A stretch of DNA of 64,000 nt from Trypanosoma brucei (Eukaryota), in contig AE017150.2 in the NCBI GenBank assembly GCA_000002445.1, forward strand, positions 832,001-896,000, in the 5' to 3' direction. The notes under the pieces are model-generated. The model saw nothing but the letters and a program-made list of their open reading frames with translations. It was not told the DNA's origin and made no database searches. A program made the position numbers and the translations under genes. How positions within the stretch are numbered: the first letter of the stretch is position 1; the number at the start of each line of letters is the position of its first letter. Positions 53,241 to 64,000 of this stretch are shown here, piece after piece.

Positions 53241-54018
53241 CGTATCTGTGTCCGTTTCGATCCCCTTGCGATGCTAGGAAACCTTGAAAACTTTACCCTC
53301 AAATTATCGGTGCATCGATACGAGCAAATGGGATAGAGAGAATCGCATCGCTAGTAAGTCAAGTGGCAGTGGCACCTCCGGTAAGCGAAAGAAACAACGA
53401 GTCGCTCACCCCGAGAATTTGGACGCAAAGACAGAATGAAACAAAATGGAGAGCAACCCGATCTCCCGTGTCTTCATCAAACGGAGCAGGGTCAATATAT
53501 ACGGAGATGGAAGAAGTGATAAATGAACGGTTGTTGTTGTGCCTTTTGCAGCAGTCCATGGTGGGGTTCGCCCCGACTGGTTCGAACAGAGCGGAGAATA
53601 AGTAAGAGCACCCCTCCTACTATTCCGTCTATGTCCTTAAAACTTCCAACCCAAGTGCTCCACACCCACATACCCTCATGCACCATCTCATTTCAACTAA
53701 TTACGTCTCATCCCCCTGCCACGAATATACAGGAATATAAAGCAATCTCAACCATTACCCTCACTTCCCATCGCTGTCCACCCGTTCTGAACGGACGCGG
53801 ATCAAAATCGGACTCACAGAAGCTTTGCAGAGGCACCGCAATTCAGTCCCAGCGAATATGTTGGCGCAGAAACCACGCAGGGAACCCGAAGAAATGAACC
53901 GCACCCACCTAACCCTCTTCTCGGAGACTGGTGACAGGTCGAAACCGGGTCCCTGCCGCGGTTACAAGCATGCAAAAAAAAAAGGAAAAGGAAGAAACAA
54001 CTTCTATGTGCACCTCTT

Positions 54019-55572
54019 TTATACTACATGTGCGCTCTGGTCATCCAACTGCGTAATAGCAGCAACTGGGTCGTCGCTGCTCATGGTCGCTTGAGACCTT
54101 GGAGAGGTGAGATGCGATAAAAGGTTTGCCAGGGCTTTGCACCAGATATCGGCCTTCGATTTGGATTCCGTGCTTAGCCTCAGAAGCCTTCTCGAAGTTT
54201 TCACGAGCAACGTATGCGGAGTGCGTGGGGCGCGAGTGGGACTTCTGCATTCAACTTCCTCTGATTCACATGTTTCTTTGTAGCACACGCGGGTGATATG
54301 ATCTAACCTAATTTTCCTAGCGAATGTCGTCTCAAAGGTCTCCCAATGCGCCCATAAAAGGAATAAATTCACAATATCCACCCATACCCACCGCGGAGAG
54401 CAGGTGCCCGCCCTGCTGCTCCACTTGTAGAACCAGTCACCGCCACATAGCAAAGACACAGGCGCATAGGTGGTCAGCCTCAACTCATCAACCGGAAGCC
54501 TAGTCAGGGCGTTAGGACGCAGAGAAACCGTGCCTACGCCCCCCTGAGCACCCGGCAATGGTGACACCTGCAGTGGAGCTGGTAAGGGCTTTGGTTCCTC
54601 CGCTTCAAGAAACAGCTCCCCTGATTGTAGTCTGTCACCCTCCAGCTTACCCGTGTCTCTAGAAATTGTATTCTGTAGGTGCTGCACCCGCTCACCGCGA
54701 CGTGGTGTGTCAAGTGAAAAAATGGGGCAAACGGCAAGGCTATCTGCATGGCCAGTGCGGGAAACCGGCGTACAGTTGGGGCTGTCGTAGCGCAAAGGCT
54801 GAACACACGCTTCCTCAAGGGGTTGACGATGGACTAACCTCACAACGCACCGCCCGGGTGAGCCGAACCTGCGCATGCTCAAATCATTGGTGTTTTCCCC
54901 CGATGGGTTGAAGCACGCTTCAGGCTTGCTGTAAGAAAGCTGCGGTACTGTTCGGCCGATGGGAAATTCGTCATAAAGTGCAGTAACAGTGTTAATCGCA
55001 CCCCTTTCGCCATTGACGGAAGAATAAAGACTGTTTGTCCGATGACATGCAGCCTCCCAGCGGCTCCCTTCACAATTACCGTTTCCACGGGGGTTACCGT
55101 GAGGTGATATGGGGAAGCTACAGTACCCCGTATCCGTGCTTAGCATTGTAAATCTTCTCCGGTTGCTGTCACTGTCCGGGTACGTGCTAACATTAATGAC
55201 TAAGCACGGCACACAGCGGTCATCCTCCGCACCTCCCCGGGTGGGCTCCGCTGAGTGAGCAGACGAATTGCAGGTGCGGGTAACCTCCGGCACCGCATCA
55301 ACTGCTTCTTGAGCACGGGGGCGATTTCCCGACACCAAATCCTTTGGGGACGTGGCAGACGATGCCCTTCTCGTTTCTGTTCCTTCGATTGCCTGCACTT
55401 GTTCATCCGTTGCTGCGCCTGCAGGAGGAGAACAGGATATGGTGACTGCGGCGTTGGGCGCGTTGCGCCGCCGACGCCTCTCCAATATCTTCTCTAGGTG
55501 TGCCTCGTGTACGGCGTCCATATCTCCACCGAGAAAGACATGGTTCGTTGTTGTTAAAATGATGGACACCAC
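54019..55572 (-). CDS. hypothetical protein, 517 aa
   Basis: Long ORF in the same orientation with typical spacing. No recognised domain. Confidence 0.45.
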   Translation of the reverse strand: MVSIILTTTNHVFLGGDMDAVHEAHLEKILERRRRRNAPNAAVTISCSPPAGAATDEQVQAIEGTETRRASSATSPKDLVSGNRPRAQEAVDAVPEVTRTCNSSAHSAEPTRGGAEDDRCVPCLVINVSTYPDSDSNRRRFTMLSTDTGYCSFPISPHGNPRGNGNCEGSRWEAACHRTNSLYSSVNGERGAINTVTALYDEFPIGRTVPQLSYSKPEACFNPSGENTNDLSMRRFGSPGRCVVRLVHRQPLEEACVQPLRYDSPNCTPVSRTGHADSLAVCPIFSLDTPRRGERVQHLQNTISRDTGKLEGDRLQSGELFLEAEEPKPLPAPLQVSPLPGAQGGVGTVSLRPNALTRLPVDELRLTTYAPVSLLCGGDWFYKWSSRAGTCSPRWVWVDIVNLFLLWAHWETFETTFARKIRLDHITRVCYKETCESEEVECRSPTRAPRTPHTLLVKTSRRLLRLSTESKSKADIWCKALANLLSHLTSPRSQATMSSDDPVAAITQLDDQSAHVV

Positions 55573-55784
55573 GAAAAAGAAAACACGAATAGGGTAATTC
55601 CCATTGGAGAATAAAACGATAATGCCACAATCGGGGGCGGGGTATTACCACATGCACAAGAAGTGGTGCAGAAGAAGGGGAAGAAAATGAGAGCCGCACT
55701 AAACCAGGGGATACCAAATTTTCACACGAGTGCGCACTGAAAAAAGAAAAAGAAAGAATCAAGCGATTGAAGTAGTTGAATGCA

Positions 55785-57971
55785 TCATTTCTCTTGTGCA
55801 AAGGACTGTTTGCCCGCTAGCCCATGGAAAAGATCAAAATCTTCCCTTGATTCCTCCATCTTCTCTTGCTCCGCCTTAGTGTTTCCGAAAGGCTTCCTAT
55901 CGCCAAACAGAAGAACCTTATCCCCCCGTTGTATCCCTGTGTCGGTTCCCGGGATGGTCCAGTAGGACTCCATATCCTCTGCAGCGCAGGGGGCGCGTAG
56001 AGCCCTCGGAACCTGGAAAGCGTCGACAAGGTTTACACACTGCGGCGCCATGACAGTAACAATGTTATCAAGATGGGAGCTGAGGATGCAGGATTTGCTG
56101 GGACTCATCATTTGTTGGGTGAGAAAGTAATCTAACCGGTCCTGCTGCCTGGAAAGGGCAAATATCCACCCCATGTCACGTAGTATTTTTCTCGCTCGAG
56201 GATCGGTACAGGCCTGGGTTTCGTCCATCATCACTTCCAGTGCGAACATTTCCATGTACGCTTCGCCGCAGTGCACCACCTGTTCGTGACGAAACATTAC
56301 CCAGTCGTACCATTGGTGCTCGGAGCCGCCTTTACGCCTTTCTATTTCACGGGATTGCCGTAGGCGCTTCTTCTCGCGGTAATGCTTGTGACTAAAAAAA
56401 ATCCGATGCCTTCCCAGATCCGCAATTCGTGGTGAATAAAAGGGGTTTTTAACGAACCTATCCAGCGCCGCAAACGACTGGAAACAACTGGAGAGCCACC
56501 AACCCCAATGGGTAGTGCCCACATTTTTGACGACCGATTTGAACGCCACCTCTCGAATAAGTGAAGAATGGTCCAACCCATCACGCCGCATCTGAACTGT
56601 TAAAAGGACGTCGCACGTTCCGGTGCTCCTGAGGGAGGAATGCACATCCATAAAATCATCCGCAAAACTCTTTAGAGTCGACAAATTATCCGTTAAGAAG
56701 TACAGGGTTCCGGCAAGTTTCATCTCATCTTCGTAGTCCGCCGGTTGTGCCTCTGGCTTCGTGAAGGCGGGAAGCACGCGCCGCCAGAGGGTCATGTAAA
56801 CGTACGATGTGCAGAGAAGCTTTACAAGAGGCGATTGGACATGTTGCACTCCAAAGACTGGGTAATTGCGTCGTCCATCAGGCCCCACCATCCACTTTTG
56901 TGCGACGTAGCGGACAATATTCGTCAAACTCCTCTTCAAGGTTCCAACGTAAAGTGCTCCGGATGCCAACCGCATTTGGCGGGTTAGTGCCTGTACGGAT
57001 GTGAGAGTGGCAGCACCACCCGCAAATACAAGTTTTCCATCAACAATCTCGGACGGAAGAAGTAGGGAAGTAACAGGGATGGTAACATTCTCGAAGTGAA
57101 GGACGCCCACGCCGGCAGCAGTCATGGCTTCATTCTCTCCATTAATCGGCCTCGCACTAACGCCCTTTTTCAGCACTCCACCCTCCCTTAGTTGCACTGC
57201 GAAAGCATGAATCCCCATGTTGTCATCCTTGTTAAGCGTAAGGGTGGCAGTAACAATAGCCCAGTCCGCACACACGGCACCCACAACAGCAAACTTTCCC
57301 GAACCGCGCAGTACAAAAACATTTTCGCCGCGGTTGTAGCGCGCTTCTGTGTTGAGAGGGACGCCTTCAGCAATGAGCTCTCTGTGGGCAATTGCCCCAA
57401 CAATGTGGCAACTGTCAACGTGGTCCAGCAGAAGTGCCTTCATTTCTTTCGACCCGTACAACGCTATCATTGCCGCGAAGGTGAAGTGGTCTGCAGCCAA
57501 CAGCGCAAGTGGGGTACAACACATTGCGATGACCTCATAGAAGGTACAAAACAACTGCGGGGTAGAGTTCACCTGCGCAAAAGAAAGAAGTCGCTTCTTG
57601 GCAATTGCACGAAGGAGCTGGACGGTTCGCTGAACAGAACTACCCTGGGACTGAGGCAGGTCATCACGCACGACAAAATTTGATGGGTTCCGGGGGAGCA
57701 CCTCCATTAAAGCCCGCCGCACCTCCTCCTTGTAGTCTATATCGATGCCCTCACAAATAAAGCGGAATGTTGGCTCCTCAAATGCATGTTCCATGCTGTA
57801 CATCTGCTGTGAAGGATTCAACTCGAAGTGCAGCTGAGGGGAACGATGGAACGTCCGCCGCTGAGCAGTTAGCGGCGCCTTCCAGCAACAGCTTTTAAGG
57901 CCCGTGTTCGCGTAAAGAAACCGATACACAATATTTGGGGGCAATTTTGAAAATAGACCCTTGCACATCAT
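55785..57971 (-). CDS. acyl-CoA dehydrogenase/oxidase superfamily protein (acyl-CoA oxidase-like, 728 aa)
   Basis: The central region (GSKEMKALLLDHVDSCHIVGAIAHRELIAEGVPLNTEARYNRGENVFVLRGSGKFAVVGAVCADWAIVTATLTLNKDDNMGIHAFAVQLRE) fits an ACAD/ACOX middle beta-barrel domain. The ~700-aa length fits acyl-CoA oxidases. No obvious C-terminal PTS1. Confidence 0.5.
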   Translation of the reverse strand: MMCKGLFSKLPPNIVYRFLYANTGLKSCCWKAPLTAQRRTFHRSPQLHFELNPSQQMYSMEHAFEEPTFRFICEGIDIDYKEEVRRALMEVLPRNPSNFVVRDDLPQSQGSSVQRTVQLLRAIAKKRLLSFAQVNSTPQLFCTFYEVIAMCCTPLALLAADHFTFAAMIALYGSKEMKALLLDHVDSCHIVGAIAHRELIAEGVPLNTEARYNRGENVFVLRGSGKFAVVGAVCADWAIVTATLTLNKDDNMGIHAFAVQLREGGVLKKGVSARPINGENEAMTAAGVGVLHFENVTIPVTSLLLPSEIVDGKLVFAGGAATLTSVQALTRQMRLASGALYVGTLKRSLTNIVRYVAQKWMVGPDGRRNYPVFGVQHVQSPLVKLLCTSYVYMTLWRRVLPAFTKPEAQPADYEDEMKLAGTLYFLTDNLSTLKSFADDFMDVHSSLRSTGTCDVLLTVQMRRDGLDHSSLIREVAFKSVVKNVGTTHWGWWLSSCFQSFAALDRFVKNPFYSPRIADLGRHRIFFSHKHYREKKRLRQSREIERRKGGSEHQWYDWVMFRHEQVVHCGEAYMEMFALEVMMDETQACTDPRARKILRDMGWIFALSRQQDRLDYFLTQQMMSPSKSCILSSHLDNIVTVMAPQCVNLVDAFQVPRALRAPCAAEDMESYWTIPGTDTGIQRGDKVLLFGDRKPFGNTKAEQEKMEESREDFDLFHGLAGKQSFAQEK

Positions 57972-58405
57972 CTTCCTGGCCAGACAGGTCTACCGATAGC
58001 TGCACAAAAGTTTTGAGGGAGAACGTACTCATGGGTACGTACACAAAGTGGTGAAGAACAAGTAATTAAAAAAGTGTAACACCCCAAACCATACCACTGA
58101 CCCGGTTTGGGCGCTGACCCCTGCCCTTATTCTTATCTCCCACCAAATCTAGGCGGGTCAACCAATTCCCGCTGCCTCGCTTTAAAACTCTTACCCTTTC
58201 CTTATTCGTAAGGAGGGAATGGATAATGCAAAACGAGGATATACATACACCGCCCATTATTGCTTTCCTTCCCCTCGAACACGTGCTCCTATGTGATACA
58301 TATGATATTGTGACTCCTATTTCCCTTGCCTTGCCACAATTTTGGCTAAGCTTACCTTGACTCGGCATTCCCCAAGCAGACTACGTAGACACCTCGCTGC
58401 CACAC

Positions 58406-60553
58406 TTACTCTATGTCCATCTCGTACCACTCGGAGTTGCCCGCCCAGTCTTCCGATGTCATGCGAGGATTGGGAACCGACAGGTCTGCTCGAGAAGCAT
58501 TATGTGGGTTGCGATTTACCGTTGGAAGCTGCTTCGCTGGTTGTATCTGTTTTGTCGTGGTTCGACCGCCAATAAGCAGGACACAACTAGCATCGACAGC
58601 TACCAACCCTGAGTTTTCCTTCACAGTTTTTACGCGCACAAAAAGGGTAGTGTTAAATACCTGTTCCACACGACCAGTCTGGCCGTCGAGATGATACGGA
58701 GAGCTGTCGTCATTCTGTATAATCACCTCAGATCCACGGGTAATCATGTTAGCCAGCTGGTCCGTGGTTTGGCGCCGCCCAGTGAGGACTGGCTTGATCT
58801 GTGTGGTTGACAAGTAGCGCGTCTCCATCCGATCTGTCAAGACGCATACGTCGTTGCGGTTTAGGCGCACAACACAAGCGACGGATGAGGAATCCGGCAG
58901 CATCACTAGATCAAATAGTTTCCATGACCCCGAAGTATGGCCGAAGGAGCCAACGAGATTGCTCCGATGACAGTCATCTGCACGAACCACCAACTCGCGT
59001 GTAGCAGTAGCCCTATCGGAGAACACATGTACAACATCACCCAGCGCCTTCACCACCGTGCCACTTTCACCAGCATGCACACCCCCATCGATAACGACAT
59101 GGGTCCCCTCGGTGAAGTGCTTCACACACAGTGGAAGCTCGACCCGAAGCTTTATTGTCTCGCCCCTCATGGGAACCCGACATGACAAGGCAACCGTATT
59201 TGTGTCCAGAAAAATATTTTCTATTGTCCCCACAGTTTCGCGCAGCTGTCCAGATACCACCCGCACCATGTCACCAATGCGCAGCCCCGCTGAGCCACGA
59301 CCGTTGGAGGCGAAATGGGAAGCAGCCTCACGCACCCTGTTAAGGTCGCTGCTAAAGAAGGCAGCTAACTCCTCTACTGTGGGCTTCTCCATCTTAACCC
59401 CACTTATAACCTGGCTGAGGGACACGCTGAGGTGAAGGTATCCTTCGCCATCAAAAATGAGGTCACCCCACGCGTACATTTCACCCCGGTTATGAGCTCC
59501 TACGGCAAGATTTGGGACAAATAAGCGTTGGGGCATTCGCACCTCAGGTTTGTTGCAAGTTTTTCCAACGAAGTCCTCCCGAGGAACCACTTTAACCGTC
59601 ACGCGTCGAGAGGCTGAGTCAACGGCAATTACCTGCGCGATATCCAGGCGGTATTGACGCCGCCGCAGCCGAACAAAGGAGCCTACACGAATCTTATCCT
59701 CTGAGGGCCGATGTTCCATCATCTGCATCAGCTCTGAAGGATTTACTAGAGAAATATTGCTTCGAAACAGGCCAACTAACCCGTTGATTGCATTCTCTAC
59801 AAACGCTTTGCGGTGTGATTCAATATATATATATTCTTTCACGTGATCGAAGCAAAACACCGAAATAATACCCAGGTCAACTTTTCGCTTCTCATAATTG
59901 CGACCTATACGAAAAGCGTAGCATTTGTTTACTAATCGGGCGACAAGCACACGAGCCATGCGAGGGCGACACTTAACAGCGAAAACTTTGGGATCCGTAT
60001 CCTGCGGCAGCAAATGCGAAGCATAACGTAGTGACGACAGCTTCCCTTTAGGAATACCAGAAGACAAAAGCGCTTCTGTTCGGTTCGCTTTTTTCCTACC
60101 AGAGCGGTACCGTTCTTCAATAGCACGCGCTACCTCTTCGGCTGTCATGTCCTCTTCTCCCTCAAGAAAGATGTGTCGTTTCCCTCCTTCGCGCATCGCC
60201 ATCGGACCACCATAGACGTCACTTTCGCTGTCCTCATCACTTCCAACAACAAAACCATCGTCAGATTCCGTTTCCCCGCTCTCTGCAGCATCAATAACAA
60301 ACTTGGATCGCACCCTTGGGTTCACGCCATCGCTCTTTCTCCCTCCCGAATGCTTAATACGTGATTTGGCCCCATGACGCGAACGCTTCCTCCTTTTATG
60401 TTTCCTGCTCTCTTCTCTTTCCTGCTGTTCTTTCTTGTAAACTTCGTCATAACTACCTTCTACTTCTGAGGGGTCGGAGGGAACCACAAGGTCCATTGGT
60501 TCATGGTCTGCAAGGAGATCAGCGAGTTCCTTTACACCTAGTTCGTCGGACAT
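58406..60553 (-). CDS. SPT5: transcription elongation factor SPT5 (NGN domain plus multiple KOW motifs, acidic N-terminus)
   Basis: 715 aa with an acidic N-terminus (DSESDVYGG..., EGEEDMTAEE). The NGN-like segment is KVFAVKCRPRMARVLVARLVNKCYAFRIGRNYEKRKVDLGIISVFCFDHVKEYIYIESHRKAFVENAINGL. Several KOW-like G-x-V-x-V/I-x-x-G motifs follow (GSFVRLRRRQYRLDIAQVIAVD, GDMVRVVSGQLRETVGTIENI, GTHVVIDGGVHAGESGTVVKAL). Confidence 0.7.
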   Translation of the reverse strand: MSDELGVKELADLLADHEPMDLVVPSDPSEVEGSYDEVYKKEQQEREESRKHKRRKRSRHGAKSRIKHSGGRKSDGVNPRVRSKFVIDAAESGETESDDGFVVGSDEDSESDVYGGPMAMREGGKRHIFLEGEEDMTAEEVARAIEERYRSGRKKANRTEALLSSGIPKGKLSSLRYASHLLPQDTDPKVFAVKCRPRMARVLVARLVNKCYAFRIGRNYEKRKVDLGIISVFCFDHVKEYIYIESHRKAFVENAINGLVGLFRSNISLVNPSELMQMMEHRPSEDKIRVGSFVRLRRRQYRLDIAQVIAVDSASRRVTVKVVPREDFVGKTCNKPEVRMPQRLFVPNLAVGAHNRGEMYAWGDLIFDGEGYLHLSVSLSQVISGVKMEKPTVEELAAFFSSDLNRVREAASHFASNGRGSAGLRIGDMVRVVSGQLRETVGTIENIFLDTNTVALSCRVPMRGETIKLRVELPLCVKHFTEGTHVVIDGGVHAGESGTVVKALGDVVHVFSDRATATRELVVRADDCHRSNLVGSFGHTSGSWKLFDLVMLPDSSSVACVVRLNRNDVCVLTDRMETRYLSTTQIKPVLTGRRQTTDQLANMITRGSEVIIQNDDSSPYHLDGQTGRVEQVFNTTLFVRVKTVKENSGLVAVDASCVLLIGGRTTTKQIQPAKQLPTVNRNPHNASRADLSVPNPRMTSEDWAGNSEWYEMDIE

Positions 60554-60874
60554 ACTTCGTGACTACAACAAGGAAGGGTCAAAGTCAAATATATATATAT
60601 ATTAAAAGGCTATGCAGGAAAAAAAAAAAGTAGTTTTTTTTCTTTTGTTCACAACCTAGAACGCGGCGAGCGAGTCAACCTCTTTATTCATCATGACCGT
60701 ATCATATGCCCCAATATTCCACATTGTACAAATTGGTACTGCTGCCGCAGCCCCACACACCTCGTGCTTCATCGAACGAGAGCCTCTCAGTGGGAAATGG
60801 CACCGGGATAACAAATGCGAATGATCATGGTGGTACTCAGAACAATCAACGAGACCCCATGTGCTCAGAGTGCT

Positions 60875-61408
60875 CTATAAACTAACCTCCGCAAGCAAGC
60901 CAACTCCCTGTCCGTGATGGAACTTTCCAGCCCAACGTTTCCCCTTTGCATCGATATATGTCCCTTTACCATGCATTTTGTTGTTTTCCCACTGCCCCTC
61001 GTAGCGGGAGCCATCAGGCCAAGTATACGTTCCCGTCCCCCAAAACGAGTTTGCGTACATACTACCCTCATATGTGGCGCCGCTGGGAAACCGTAGCAGA
61101 CCCTCCCCAGTCATGTCACCCTCAACCCAGCAACCGTCGTACACCAAACCGCCAGCATCTTTAAAAACGCCCTTCCCATGGTGAAAAGGTATGGGAGGGG
61201 GAAGTTCCTGCTGTTGTGCATTGCGCGTCGTTGGTGGGTGGGCAGATGGGAATTGTGATTTAGCCGTTCCATCAGCATTCGACTCACGGCGACAGAACTT
61301 TCCTTCGTACATACTTCCATCAGCAAAGCGGAAGGCACCAAACTCCTCTTCATCTCGGTGCTCTTCCTTCTTTCTCTTCATTCTGTCAGCGTCCCTCTGC
61401 ATGATCAA
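60875..61408 (-). CDS. MORN-repeat protein (177 aa)
   Basis: Tandem YxGxWxxGxxxGxG MORN units: YEGKFCRRESNADGTAK, YDGCWVEGDMTGEGLLRFPSGATYEGSM, YTWPDGSRYEGQWENNKMHGKGTYIDAKGKRWAGKFHHGQG. Confidence 0.75.
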   Translation of the reverse strand: MIMQRDADRMKRKKEEHRDEEEFGAFRFADGSMYEGKFCRRESNADGTAKSQFPSAHPPTTRNAQQQELPPPIPFHHGKGVFKDAGGLVYDGCWVEGDMTGEGLLRFPSGATYEGSMYANSFWGTGTYTWPDGSRYEGQWENNKMHGKGTYIDAKGKRWAGKFHHGQGVGLLAEVSL

Positions 61409-62052
61409 CTCACTTTAGATGTGCTTTTTTTTCTCCCTTTGGCACTCTGTGGTCCCCCTGATCTATCGTCGCTTCCGTAGCACAACTTGTGCGGGTGGGT
61501 TGGTACAAAACCGGTAGTACTTGTGCACAACGAGAATTTCACTAAGTTGGAAAGAACTTATTGCTGCATTCGATTCGCACGGAACCCCACAGCAAAGACA
61601 TTATATATTTTTTTGAGAAAAAATAAAGGAAGTGCTTAGCTGCTGTGAGGATGTTAGGAACGTCGTTTCATGAAACGAAGCAGCAAAAATATAAAATTAT
61701 ATTTGCTGCTTTGCGCAAAACAACCGCGCCGTCTTGAAAAAGTGCGAGCGCACTGTGGAAAAAAAGAAAAGAAAAACGGTGAAGTGGGAAGATTTAAAAA
61801 AAAAAAAGTAAAACAGCTTCAAAAATAAGGAAGTTCATACAACAACTAAATGAGGTTTGAGGACTGCCAACACTACCTGATGCCCACTTGTAAAATCCCA
61901 TAGCAAACACTGAGCGCCCTCCTCCACCCCCTAACCAGTTCCGTTCTCTGCGTTACGTGTTAGGAAGAAGCGCTTATCAACCCATGTTGAGGTACAGCAA
62001 GCTACATACGTGGGTAACGCAATGCAAGCCAAGACACAAAACCGCGCCTCAC

Positions 62053-63012
62053 TCATAATTTTACATTACTCGAATGATCGTCGGCAAAGCCATCTTCTAC
62101 CCTCTTCAAAAAGGAACTTTTAAACTGAACGATGATGACGGTCATATTATCCGCGCCAGGAGCAGCCGACACAGGAGCCAGGCAAGAGTCCATCAACCGT
62201 TCACATGCCAGCGAAAGATCGCCGTGGTCTCCCACCTCCTCTCGAATAAATTTAACAACCCTTTCGTTAGAAAACTTCTCCCACACGCCATCGCAAGCGA
62301 TAACAACGAACTCATCCTGAGGCGTGAGCTTCACGTGAAGAACATCTGGAACCGCGCTTATCGCTTGATCCTCAGGTTTTAAATGGTGGTCCTTAAATGC
62401 AAAATCACCTAAAGCGCGGCTCAACGACAGTATACCATTTACACGCCCGTTTCGAACGTAACATCCTGCTTTTTTTATCCGCTCCTTTTCCCTGAGAAGA
62501 GTAGGTTTATGATCCTCGCTTAGAGGTAAGGGAACCCCTCCCCGACACATAACCGCACGGCTATCGCCAACATTACCGCAGTATAAATTATTCTGCACTA
62601 GCACTATGCAATTCCCCGTGCAGCCACTCTGCTCATGAGGCATACTCCTCCGAATAGCTGCATCGCCCGAAATGAAGGCTTCAAAAATCGCGTTTTCTAC
62701 ATTTCCCGAAACAAACGACTCACTTGAAGTTATCCATCTCGCCATATGTGTTGCAGCGAACTGAGCCGTTTTGCATCCCGAGTGTCCATCAAAGACTGCT
62801 GCCATAGCAGCGTCATGAGGAGATATATGAAGGGGAAGATTTGGTAGGGAAAGGTGAATGGCGTGGGCATCTTCCATTGTGCTCCTCCATCCCTGCATAC
62901 TACTTGTGCCCACACGAATTTTATCATCCTCCATCAAAATCGAATACTTATCTCTTACTGGTGTACATAGCACCGCCTGTGCATGAGAAGCATAGGCTCC
63001 AAATAAGTCCAT
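62053..63012 (-). CDS. protein phosphatase 2C (PPM family)
   Basis: 319 aa with PP2C motifs: RSTMEDAH, AVFDGHSGCKTAQFAATHM, NVGDSRAVMC, VIACDGVWEKFSNERVVKFI and DNMTVIIVQF. Confidence 0.8.
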   Translation of the reverse strand: MDLFGAYASHAQAVLCTPVRDKYSILMEDDKIRVGTSSMQGWRSTMEDAHAIHLSLPNLPLHISPHDAAMAAVFDGHSGCKTAQFAATHMARWITSSESFVSGNVENAIFEAFISGDAAIRRSMPHEQSGCTGNCIVLVQNNLYCGNVGDSRAVMCRGGVPLPLSEDHKPTLLREKERIKKAGCYVRNGRVNGILSLSRALGDFAFKDHHLKPEDQAISAVPDVLHVKLTPQDEFVVIACDGVWEKFSNERVVKFIREEVGDHGDLSLACERLMDSCLAPVSAAPGADNMTVIIVQFKSSFLKRVEDGFADDHSSNVKL

Positions 63013-63260
63013 TTTCTATTATCGTTCCTTTCTTGCTATACCAGTGCGCCTAGCTATAAGCTAGTGTCCCGAGAATAGAAAGGAAAAAACAAAGGAGAAA
63101 GCCGTATTGAAACGGACATCGGAAGCATACGCAATCCACGTCTCACAACTTATCATTCAAAAATGGAACGCAAACACAAAACGGTTTAATTCATGGGATA
63201 GAGGAAGCCCTCTTGTTAGTAACACCAATATCGTGGTTATTGAACTTCATCTCTTTTCTA

Positions 63261-64000
63261 TTACTTCTTACCTCCTTTAGCTGCATTAAATTTGAAGAAG
63301 ATTATATCACCGTCCCTTACCTCATAGTTCCTTCCCTCCTGATGTTGCTTACCTGCTTCGCGACAGGCAGCTTCACTCTCCAATTTTTCGTAGTCCTCCC
63401 AGTGAATCACCTCGGCACAGATGAACCCTTTCTCCATGTCAGAATGAATCTTTCCAGCGGCCTGAGGGGCTTTTGTGCCACGTTGTATTGTCCAACATTT
63501 CACTTCATCCGGGCCCGCTGTAAAATAGTGAATCAAGTTAATCGCATGGTAAGCACTGGTTATAATCTTCGGAACTTGAGACTTAGTTTTATTTTGCTTG
63601 AGAAATTCTTCGGCTTCTTCTGAAGACATATTAAGGAGGTTGGCCTCCATCTCCGCGGAAACTGGGATAAGAAGCTCCCCGGTATGCTTGTCGATCCATT
63701 CTTTTAGCTTCGCAAGCCACTTACTCCGTTGACGGATGAAATCTTTCTCGGACATATTAGCCAGAAATATTGCCGGTTTTGCCGTCAATAGTTGAAGTGT
63801 ATTGAGAAAGTCGATCTCCTTATTATTCCACTGATAGCACCGAACCTGTTCACCCTTCTCTAAGTGATCCCTTACCTTATGCAATATTTCTAGATCATTC
63901 TTTTTGGTTTTATCAAGTCCGCGATTGACTATCACAGTTAATTTATCAATCAAACCGTTGACAACCTGTAAATCCTTCAGTACGAGTTCTGAAAAGATGA
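63261..64000 (-). CDS. Obg-like ATPase OLA1/YchF, C-terminal part (gene continues beyond the right window edge)
   Basis: The C-terminal TGS-domain region (KCWTIQRGTKAPQAAGKIHSDMEKGFICAEVIHWEDYE...QEGRNYEVRDGDIIFFKFN) matches YchF/OLA1. The start shown by the ORF track at 63953 is a TTG. Hand translation shows the frame stays open upstream to position 64000 (...IFSELVLKDLQVVNGLIDKLTV...), so the N-terminal G domain lies outside the window. Confidence 0.7.
   Translation of the reverse strand, partial: IFSELVLKDLQVVNGLIDKLTVIVNRGLDKTKKNDLEILHKVRDHLEKGEQVRCYQWNNKEIDFLNTLQLLTAKPAIFLANMSEKDFIRQRSKWLAKLKEWIDKHTGELLIPVSAEMEANLLNMSSEEAEEFLKQNKTKSQVPKIITSAYHAINLIHYFTAGPDEVKCWTIQRGTKAPQAAGKIHSDMEKGFICAEVIHWEDYEKLESEAACREAGKQHQEGRNYEVRDGDIIFFKFNAAKGGKK

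Noticed and set aside
53560-53600. ggttcgaac motif resembling a tRNA T-loop
   Set aside because: No complementary acceptor-stem sequence and no anticodon-arm structure nearby, so this is not a tRNA. I could not support any tRNA or rRNA gene in the window.
1-64000. Prokaryotic-style systems: CRISPR arrays, operons of defence genes, integrons, IS elements
   Set aside because: The sequence is eukaryotic (kinetoplastid-like), with long unidirectional gene arrays and genes such as ALG12, SPT5 and EMG1. There are no direct-repeat/spacer arrays and no transposase or integrase ORFs.

Overview
This 64-kb window looks like eukaryotic, kinetoplastid (Trypanosoma brucei-like) nuclear DNA, not a prokaryotic locus. 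Every convincing gene is on the minus strand, with no introns and short AG/polypyrimidine-flanked intergenic gaps, consistent with one polycistronic transcription unit read right to left. I support about 30 protein-coding genes, listed left to right with basis and confidence in the features. The first two genes (an SR-related RRM/CCHC/RS protein followed by a GT22 ALG12-type mannosyltransferase) match what I recall of T. brucei chromosome 2 (TbRRM1 then TbALG12). This is a recollection, not a search result. The most unusual structure is a dispersed ~5.9-kb segmental duplication (8507-14406 and 31630-37512). Each copy carries the L11-like gene, a 326-aa hypothetical and a signal-peptide/lectin-like/poly-Thr/TM surface protein gene. 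Its left part is almost identical between copies (1 SNP in ~3.4 kb) and divergence rises towards the right: the surface-protein ectodomains differ in clustered substitutions and the two genes differ by ~21 nt in the Thr-repeat tract. Within each copy a 395-bp element containing the 5' end and upstream region of the surface-protein gene occurs twice, giving a truncated gene fragment. I found no tRNA, rRNA, CRISPR or mobile element. Several microsatellites are present, including two inverted microsatellite pairs at the left end.
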